From assembly GCA_938091905.1 (NCBI GenBank), contig CALKOM010000180.1:1-13938 (forward strand): a stretch of DNA of 13,938 bases, given 5' to 3'. Below the pieces are notes generated by a model. It ran no database searches. It was not told the origin of the DNA and worked only from the letters and a program-made list of their open reading frames with translations. Within the stretch, counting starts at the first letter, position 1, and every line of letters starts with the position of its first letter. The position numbers and the translations under genes were made by a program. Of this stretch, positions 7,726 through 13,938 are shown piece by piece. This DNA is from an uncultured Verrucomicrobiales bacterium. GTDB taxonomy: Bacteria > Verrucomicrobiota > Verrucomicrobiia > Verrucomicrobiales > DEV007.

Positions 7726-10700
7726 ATGAACTCCACTAGACCCGCTCTGATTACTTGGATTGTCGTTTCAATGGTTCTCGCGACAACAGCCATGCAAGCA
7801 CAATTCACGATTGAACTCGAGGACTACAACTTCGAGGACGGTCAGTTCATCAACAAGGCGACTCCCGGCGATTATGGCGGCAAAGGACTTGCTACTCCAG
7901 GCGTAGACTTTGTCGACAACACGCCGACCACGCGTGGTGCGAACGAGTATCGGGCACCCAGTGCTGGCGCTTCGGGCTTACCTCAGACGGCCGCCAGTGG
8001 GGATTCCGAACGCACGGCGGGCACGGCTGAGTATGATCTTTCAAGCGTCGAGATCGGTGAATGGACGAACTACACTCGAACCTTTCCTGCTGGCACTTAT
8101 ACCGTGACCGCGCGCGTGCAAGCGCTCGACGACATTGATCCCTTCATTGCCCGACTTGAGAAGGTGACAAGCGATCCCAAGATCGGCAATCAGACGAGCA
8201 GTGCCTACGGCGTGCTTCTCGGGCGCAATGCTTCCAGCGCTTACGGCGATCTTCCTTTGACCGATGTGAATGGTAGACCGGTCACAGTCGCGCTTGATGG
8301 AGAAGAGACTCTGCGTTTAGCGACTCAAGTGGGAAGCTACAATATCAACTACCTGACCTTCACGCCAGCCGCTTCTCCAGCACCCATGCCACGCATTGAT
8401 ATCACAGCTCCAGATAACAATACCGGAGTCGTGCCCGGCATGGCCCTAGATGTCAGCCTGACGCCAGCCAATGGCGGTGATGTCGCTGCCGTCCAAATCC
8501 TAGCGAATTCCCCGGATGGAGACGAGATTATCATTGCCGAACTCGGCTCCGCCCCCTTCACGGCCACCTGGTCCGATGTTCCCGAAGGGACTTGGCGTTT
8601 GTTAGGTGTCGTCGTGGATACTGCTGGAACCATTGGCCTGTCCTCAGAAATCACCCTCTTCGCAGACGGTGTCGCCCCGGAGCTGCAGCAAGCGCGTGGA
8701 CGAACAATCGAAGATGTAATACTAACATTTTCTGAATCAATGAATCAAGAATCCGCCGGTGATCCCGCCAATTATGGCATCGTAGACGAAGACGGGACCA
8801 CATTGGACGTGCTGAGTGCTAGTGTCACCGCTGATGGTCGCGTGATTCTCGCAACAGCAGAACAAGCTGTCGGTAAGAATTACACTTTAACCATCAATGC
8901 CCTCACTGATCTCGCAGGAAATGCTCTCCCGGACGGCACCACCGCCGAGTTCTTTGGCAACGGTCCGCTTTTGCAGACGAGCCTGGGTATCGTGGTCTTT
9001 GAAGCGGAGCACTTCGATCGCAATCTCGATGGACTTTGGGTGGAGGATCCGGACCACAGCATGCCCTCCGGGGGCATTTCTATGCTCATTCCCAATGGAG
9101 CAGGCGGCAACGAAATGGAGACTCAGCTCGAGTATGATATCAAATTCGTCAAAACGGGTACGCACTACATCTGGTACCGTGCCTCAGCGGATGACAGCGG
9201 CACGGATGATTCGGCGTGGCTTTACGTCGACGGCGCACGCCCCGTCGGTCGCGAAGATGCGAACCGCGCGTCGATGACCGGCTTCAACAATCAACCGGAG
9301 TTCGGTTGGGATAGCAATGCGCAAGACGGAGGCGGGCAAATGTCTTTTGAAATTCCAATACCCGGGTTTCACACGATCGGCATTGCGCGACGCGAAGACG
9401 GCGCTCGCTTCGATAAGTTTGTCATTACAACCGATCCCAATTTTGACCCGGCTGATCCTGCTTTTGGCGAGTTTGGCCCAGCACTCACACCTCGACAAGG
9501 TGAGGAACCCGATGGTGGTGGCAATCAAGTGGAGATCACGTTAGATCCAACCGACGTGTCGGGTGAGGAGCACACGACGTTGACCTTGAATGCCGATGGT
9601 ACAGGCACGGAAGGTGCCATCATCATCTATCAATGGCAGCGCAAAGAAGGCGCTGATTGGATCGACATTCCAGACGCCACCGGCACCACCTTCACCCTCG
9701 ATCGCGTGGGACTGGATTGGGACGGTGTCGTTGTTCGCTGGGTCATTCGGACGGAGGGCGATGAAGAGTTCTCTCAAGAAGCGACCATCACCGTCACGCC
9801 CGAAACGGGAGTGCCTTCGGTCGTTGGGGTGGGCGGAAACAATCAGCGAATCAACGTCCTTTTCTCAGAGCCGCTGGATGCGACGAGTGCCTCGAATATC
9901 GCTAATTACCAACTGAGTGATGGTGCTACTATCACGGAAGTCACCTTTCTTCCCAGCGAACGCTCTGTTATCCTAACGACCTCGCAGCAAGCCGTGGGGA
10001 CAAAGTATACCCTCACGGTGAAAAACATCTCGGATCAGGCGGCAGCCCCGAACGTCCTCGCCAATGCGGAAGTGAAATTCTACAGCTTGGGCGCCCTATT
10101 ACCGCAAGGTGAAGACGGCTTGCTAGTCTTTGAAGCCGAGAGTTTCGACGAGAATACTGATGACCTTTGGCAGGAGGACAGTGAACGCGGCGTGCCTTCC
10201 GGCGGTCTCTCCGTGGTCTTGCCTAATGGCGCTGGTGGTAACGAAGGCAGCAGTAAGCTGGAATATGTGGTCACCTTCACGCAAACGGGCGAACATATTC
10301 TGTGGTACAGAGCTAGTGGCCCGTCAGGAACTGATGACTCCGCTTGGTTTCATCTCAATGGCGACCGCCCAGAAACCCGTCTCGACGAAAACAACGCAAG
10401 CATGACTGGATTTAGCAATCAGGCCGACTTCGTATGGCGAAGCCAGCCTCAAACTGGGGGTGGGCAGATGACCTTCGATATTCCTGAACCAGGTGCCTAC
10501 ACCATTGGCTTGGCACGTCGTGAAGATGGTTCCTATTTCGATAAGTTCGTCGTGACGACGGATCCCGATTTTAATCCCGAGAGCTTCGGGCCATTCGGCC
10601 CTGCAGAGACCCGCGAGGGGGCGCCTGCCTTGCCAACCGTGGTGATTACGACTCCAGAGAATGTCGCGGGAGGCGAGGATGTCGTCATTACCCCTGACAT

Positions 10701-11757
10701 TTCACCATCCGAGCGCATAGTCATTAAAGCGGAGTATTTCGCTGATGGACAGAAGATCGGCGAGTCTACAAACAGCCCTTTCGCATTCACCTGGATCAGC
10801 CCGGCCGAAGGCACCTATACGATCACCGCGGTCCTAGTCGACGATGTGGGTGATCGGATCTCTGCTAGTGCTACTGATGTCTCGGTCGGCCCCGGTCCAC
10901 CACCGGCAGCAGTCGATGCCATCTGGATCACTCAGGTCGATTCTCCGGCCGGAGCAGAGTTCAAGCAATTCCTAACAGAGAATGAAGTTGGCGTCATGGA
11001 ACTGATGTATCAGGACCCAACACCTGCTGAACAAGAGATCCTGAATGCTGCGGACGTCGTCGTTGTCAGCCGCAAGACGAGCAGCGGCAACTACAACAAT
11101 GAGACCTGGGATTCTCTCTCCGCCCCACTCATCCTCATGACTCCGTATCTTTCCCGTTCCAACCGCTGGGTTTGGCTCGAGGGCGATGGCCTTATCGATG
11201 ATACGCCAGCAACCATCGTGGCGGAAGAGCCGGGGCATCCAATCTTTCACAACGTCGATCTTATCGATGGCGTCTCCGATGCATGGCACACGGAAGTAGA
11301 CCGAGGCACCTCCATCGCTACGGATCCCATTACCAATGGAGGCACTGTACTCGCCTCTGGAAATGGGAATATGATTGTCGCTGAATGGCCTGCTGGCACT
11401 GTCGCCACGGGACCTCGAATGCTTTTCTCAGCTGGCAGCCGCGAGCCTGCTGATCCAGGGGCCATTGAGGAAGCTGGGAAGTTCAACCTCACCGCCACAG
11501 GGGGACAGGCCTTTCTCAATGCAGTCCGTTACATGGCCACGAGACTTCCTCCACAAGCTCTTTCTATCGAGGTAACCCGCACAGCAACCGGAGTGAAGGT
11601 GGACTTGTCAGGAGCTGACGCATTCGATCTGGAGTATAGCCCGTCTTTGGAAGGCGACGACTGGACCGTAATCGCATCTGACGTAACCAGCTTCGAAGAC
11701 GCCGACGTCACACGTGTAGGAAGTGGTGTAGGCTTTTATCGTGGCGTGGCCAAGTAG
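7726..11757 (+). CDS. Secreted multi-domain Ig-like / carbohydrate-binding-like surface protein (1343 aa)
   Basis: Long ORF with a signal peptide (..TTAMQA). N-terminal CBM6-like module (IELEDYN...GEWTNYT..FPAGTYTVTARV...NINYL). Two Big_7-like modules (PF..TW..P.EGT) and two Big_5-like modules (FSE......A....NY). Two FEAE..F...REDG..FDKFV jelly-roll-like modules, one Ig module (YQWQR), an alpha/beta domain (ADVVVVS) and a short terminal domain ending GFYRGVAK. Confidence 0.88.
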   Translation: MNSTRPALITWIVVSMVLATTAMQAQFTIELEDYNFEDGQFINKATPGDYGGKGLATPGVDFVDNTPTTRGANEYRAPSAGASGLPQTAASGDSERTAGTAEYDLSSVEIGEWTNYTRTFPAGTYTVTARVQALDDIDPFIARLEKVTSDPKIGNQTSSAYGVLLGRNASSAYGDLPLTDVNGRPVTVALDGEETLRLATQVGSYNINYLTFTPAASPAPMPRIDITAPDNNTGVVPGMALDVSLTPANGGDVAAVQILANSPDGDEIIIAELGSAPFTATWSDVPEGTWRLLGVVVDTAGTIGLSSEITLFADGVAPELQQARGRTIEDVILTFSESMNQESAGDPANYGIVDEDGTTLDVLSASVTADGRVILATAEQAVGKNYTLTINALTDLAGNALPDGTTAEFFGNGPLLQTSLGIVVFEAEHFDRNLDGLWVEDPDHSMPSGGISMLIPNGAGGNEMETQLEYDIKFVKTGTHYIWYRASADDSGTDDSAWLYVDGARPVGREDANRASMTGFNNQPEFGWDSNAQDGGGQMSFEIPIPGFHTIGIARREDGARFDKFVITTDPNFDPADPAFGEFGPALTPRQGEEPDGGGNQVEITLDPTDVSGEEHTTLTLNADGTGTEGAIIIYQWQRKEGADWIDIPDATGTTFTLDRVGLDWDGVVVRWVIRTEGDEEFSQEATITVTPETGVPSVVGVGGNNQRINVLFSEPLDATSASNIANYQLSDGATITEVTFLPSERSVILTTSQQAVGTKYTLTVKNISDQAAAPNVLANAEVKFYSLGALLPQGEDGLLVFEAESFDENTDDLWQEDSERGVPSGGLSVVLPNGAGGNEGSSKLEYVVTFTQTGEHILWYRASGPSGTDDSAWFHLNGDRPETRLDENNASMTGFSNQADFVWRSQPQTGGGQMTFDIPEPGAYTIGLARREDGSYFDKFVVTTDPDFNPESFGPFGPAETREGAPALPTVVITTPENVAGGEDVVITPDISPSERIVIKAEYFADGQKIGESTNSPFAFTWISPAEGTYTITAVLVDDVGDRISASATDVSVGPGPPPAAVDAIWITQVDSPAGAEFKQFLTENEVGVMELMYQDPTPAEQEILNAADVVVVSRKTSSGNYNNETWDSLSAPLILMTPYLSRSNRWVWLEGDGLIDDTPATIVAEEPGHPIFHNVDLIDGVSDAWHTEVDRGTSIATDPITNGGTVLASGNGNMIVAEWPAGTVATGPRMLFSAGSREPADPGAIEEAGKFNLTATGGQAFLNAVRYMATRLPPQALSIEVTRTATGVKVDLSGADAFDLEYSPSLEGDDWTVIASDVTSFEDADVTRVGSGVGFYRGVAK
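8665..10625 (+). repeat. Intragenic duplication of an Ig-like + FEAE/REDG module pair (about 8665-9500 and about 9800-10625)
   Basis: Both copies share VFEAE.FD.N, PSGG.S...PNGAGGNE, LEY, WYRAS, SGTDDSAW, ASMTGF.NQ, GGGQM.F.IP, TIG.ARREDG..FDKFV.TTDP.F.P and FGP. Confidence 0.92.
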
Positions 11758-11778
11758 GGCATCCTAATCCAATTAATC

Positions 11779-11815
11779 AGAAGCTCCCATCGGATTGCCG
11801 GTAGGAGCTTCTTTC
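11779..11815 (+). terminator. Probable intrinsic terminator, possibly bidirectional
   Basis: Hairpin AGAAGCTCC-C-ATCGG-ATTG-CCGGT-A-GGAGCTTCT followed by a short pyrimidine tail. It starts 22 nt after the stop codon and lies between convergent genes. Confidence 0.75.
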
Positions 11816-11851
11816 CTTAGGCTGAGTGAGCAATAGTGGTCAGCCGTCAAG

Positions 11852-11950
11852 CTAGTGATCCTGGCGATAGTGACTAGGCGAACAGCCACACGATTTCTTG
11901 AAGGCCTCGTAGAACCGTCTCAGCGTTGGATACCCAGCGTCGAAAGCAGG
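11852..11950 (-). pseudogene. 3' remnant of an AraC-family transcriptional regulator, truncated by IS3
   Basis: AFDAGYPTLRRFYEAFKKSCGCSPSHYR matches the AraC second HTH signature (A..GF.....F...FK...G.SP..YR). Similarity ends at the IS3 left inverted repeat at 11951. Confidence 0.88.
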
Positions 11951-12186
11951 TGACCTGCATTCCGGAAAGTAGACAGGCCCGAACTGGAGTCTGTGTGGTA
12001 ATAACCACCCCATAGACCTCATGAAACGAAAACGATTCAGCGAAGAACCGATCATCGGCATCCTCCGGGAATCGGGCGCCGAGATGACAACCAGAGAGCT
12101 TTCCAACACTGACTCAAAGACAACACAAACCCTACAAATGCCTCACGACTCTAGTTTCTAACTGCCCACTCCCTGGGGTCAGGTCA
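11951..12186 (+). mobile_element. Internally deleted IS3-family element (probably IS407 group), 236 bp, retaining both terminal inverted repeats
   Basis: Left end TGACCTGCATTCCGGAAAGTAGACAG; right end (reverse complement) TGACCTGACCCCAGGGAGTGGGCAG; TG...CA termini. It contains the start of OrfA fused near 12100 to right-end sequence. Confidence 0.88.
12021..12100 (+). pseudogene. N-terminal fragment of IS3-family transposase OrfA
   Basis: Manual translation from ATG 12021: MKRKRFSEEPIIGILRESGAEMTTREL, resembling the IS407-group OrfA start MK..RF.EEQII.IL.E. Confidence 0.85.
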
Positions 12187-12472
12187 GTCGCAACGCTATT
12201 GTCTACCAACAGTCTCGTAGATCGCACCGAATGTGGCCGACGTAGTAGATAGCCATCGACGAACCGTCTGACCACGAACTTCATTCCCGAACGATCACCA
12301 CCTGAAATGAGGATCCTCGTGCTCATAGAAAACCGCTAAAACACGCAGCATAGAGATTTTCCGCACATTCCTAGATCCCACTACACGCAGATTGGCAGAG
12401 AAGGCACACCTCTGACGACGTATTCCCAGAGATGCCTGTCAAGGTGCCCAATCAATGAATTCCGCCCCAGGA

Positions 12473-12907
12473 CTACATCGTCGGTACTACGAAAACAGGA
12501 ATCTTCGACTTTCGGACCAATCGGTCCGCTGTACTTCCTAACAACGCTCGCTCCATGAAATTCCGGCTGTGAGTACCAATCACGAGCATGCCATCTGAAT
12601 GCTTCTCCGCAAACTCCAACAAACCCACACTCGTCGGCGCTTCCTTCATGAACGCCTGCGCATCACACCCATCGGCACGTAAGCCATCAACCATAGTGGT
12701 CAATCGTGCCTTCTCTTCTTTCAGCTCGTCATCGCGCTTGTCGAGACCAGGATAAACAAAGTCAGGATAGCCTACGTAAGCGGGCTCAGGAGCGGAGACA
12801 TGTAGCAGGTGCAATGGAGCCTGAAAGGCAACCGATAGCTCTTTCGCCTTTGAGAGGACAGGCTCATCAGCTTCTGTGAAATCAATCCCTACCAGTATAT
12901 TTTTCAT
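12473..12907 (-). CDS. Universal stress protein (UspA family)
   Basis: 144 aa; MKNILVGIDF, LHLLHV, LVIGTHSR, LLGSTADRLVRKSKIPVFVV. Confidence 0.95.
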   Translation of the reverse strand: MKNILVGIDFTEADEPVLSKAKELSVAFQAPLHLLHVSAPEPAYVGYPDFVYPGLDKRDDELKEEKARLTTMVDGLRADGCDAQAFMKEAPTSVGLLEFAEKHSDGMLVIGTHSRNFMERALLGSTADRLVRKSKIPVFVVPTM

Positions 12908-12934
12908 AGCGTTAGTTGTGTGGATTAGACTATC

Positions 12935-13330
12935 TTAGATACCGAGCTTTGAGAGCATGCTCATAATATTCATGAAAGCGGCACCTATCGCTGGATGCTT
13001 GGCCTCCCACGAGTCTATCAAATTGCCCAGGGTCGTCCGTAGGTCTTGCCACGATACATCAAGGTCTTCTTCGCCCTTCGAATCGTCATCTAATCGCGAA
13101 ATCGCATAGTTCTCGGTGTGCTGCAGCGCTTCTTGAAAAGTATCCGGTAGTCCTTGAGTTTCAAAGCCACCAACGATCTCGGCATTCAAATCTCTCAAAT
13201 GCTTTAGAAGATTCACACGCTCCTCTTCGTCCTCAAAATGACTGGTCTCAACAAGGCGAGAAAGACGATCCACCCCCTGCGTGATGGCGGCTAAGGAAGG
13301 ATCATTCGATGGGAGATTCTCGGTAGTCAT
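12935..13330 (-). CDS. DUF4404-like helical protein (131 aa from the likely ATG)
   Basis: C-terminal LIDSWEAKHPAIGAAFMNIMSMLSKLGI fits the DUF4404 pattern (FE..HP.......I...LS..GI). ATG at 13330 (MTTENL) is preferred over the TTG at 13378. It ends 27 nt upstream of the usp gene, so co-transcription is likely. Confidence 0.72.
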   Translation of the reverse strand: MTTENLPSNDPSLAAITQGVDRLSRLVETSHFEDEEERVNLLKHLRDLNAEIVGGFETQGLPDTFQEALQHTENYAISRLDDDSKGEEDLDVSWQDLRTTLGNLIDSWEAKHPAIGAAFMNIMSMLSKLGI

Positions 13331-13535
13331 TATTCTAGGATATAAAGTTGGCTCAATCCTCGTCAATTCACTACCCAAGTCTTGCCCGTGCCTTTGCGTT
13401 TCTTGGCCTGATGTTCTGAGCCAGAAACATTGATCTTCTCGCCTTCACTTTGCACGACCTCACGAGCACATTTCACGCGGCTTCATGAGCAAGAAATGCA
13501 TTGAATCTGCGACCGAGAGGATCACCATCCTTGAA

Positions 13536-13788
13536 ATGAGAGACCTACATTCCCTTGGGCTGGTTATGGTGCTCTTTGCTAGTCAGATTCCGCTTTCTCT
13601 CGCTGGTTCTGGCTTGTTCTACGAGGACGCCCCTTTCCACTACTCCGACAGTGTTCCTCGTGATCCACTGGCTCGGCTTGTGAAACAAATGGAGAGCGGC
13701 GAGATCGCGATGGACACCTCAGATGACAAGGCCTTCCTAAAAGATCTCCTTAGAAAACTCAATGTCCCCATCGCCTCCCAGGTGATGG
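13536..13788 (+). pseudogene. 5' fragment of a conserved secreted hypothetical protein, truncated by IS3
   Basis: Signal-peptide-like start (MRDLHSLGLVMVLFASQIPLSLAG), then YEDAPFHYS...DPLARL...FLKDLLRKLNVPIASQV. This resembles the N-terminus of a larger PVC hypothetical family that, from recall, continues LVFSKTS. The ORF stop (13794-13796) lies inside the IS inverted repeat. Confidence 0.72.
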
Positions 13789-13938
13789 GGACCTGACCCC
13801 AGGTAGTGGACAGTTAGAAACTAGAGTCGTGAGGCATTTGTAGGGCTTGCGTTGTCTTTGAGTCAATGCTGGAAAACGCTGTGTTTGTCGTTTGGGTTCG
13901 AGTGATGGGAGGGCTCCCTTCAGATGTGCTTTGATGGC
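13789..13938 (-). mobile_element. Right end of a second IS3-family copy in inverted orientation (continues beyond the window)
   Basis: 13790-13875 is the reverse complement of 12100-12185 with 6 mismatches in 86 nt. The inverted repeat reads GGACCTGACCCCAGGTAGTGGACAG. Confidence 0.88.

Noticed and set aside
2241..11711. Many short alternative-frame and antisense ORFs, including 4266..4862, 5371..5892 and 5952..6647
   Set aside because: Shadows of the two long genes, with no recognisable motifs.
11951..12109. ORF 11852..12109 as an intact 85-aa gene
   Set aside because: Chimeric: its N-terminal part is antisense IS3 sequence and only the last ~32 codons are AraC.
12132..12326. 64-aa minus-strand ORF
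   Set aside because: It runs into the IS right end and has no convincing family signature.
12456..12468. TGAATTCCGCCCC resembling the IS30 end at 242-253
   Set aside because: Short gapped match with no further IR similarity or transposase remnant.
1..13938. CRISPR array, tRNA or rRNA genes
   Set aside because: No regularly spaced direct repeats or recognisable structural RNA motifs were seen by eye.

Overview
Accessory region whose protein style suggests Verrucomicrobia/PVC (inference). The core is a divergent pair of intact giant secreted proteins. One is a 1872-aa CotH-family kinase with Ig-like and six lamin-tail-like modules (7448..1830, minus). The other is a 1343-aa multi-Ig/carbohydrate-binding-like protein with an internal duplication and no obvious catalytic glycosidase domain (7726..11757, plus). 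They share no obvious similarity apart from generic Ig-like modules, yet both end in a similar short domain (E-[WY]-S-P-[DS]-L-x3-4-W ... F-[LY]-R near the terminus), a candidate C-terminal sorting signal. The 277-bp spacer holds a perfect 18-bp-arm palindrome whose loop is complementary to a nearby GGAGGAA. The flanks are eroded by insertion sequences. An IS30 end interrupts a decayed pectate-lyase-like/DUF6298-type pseudogene. A 236-bp internally deleted IS3 truncates an AraC gene. A second, inverted copy of that IS3 right end truncates a conserved secreted-protein gene. The two IS3 ends bracket a DUF4404-like gene and a universal stress protein gene. All family assignments come from motif recognition, not database searches.
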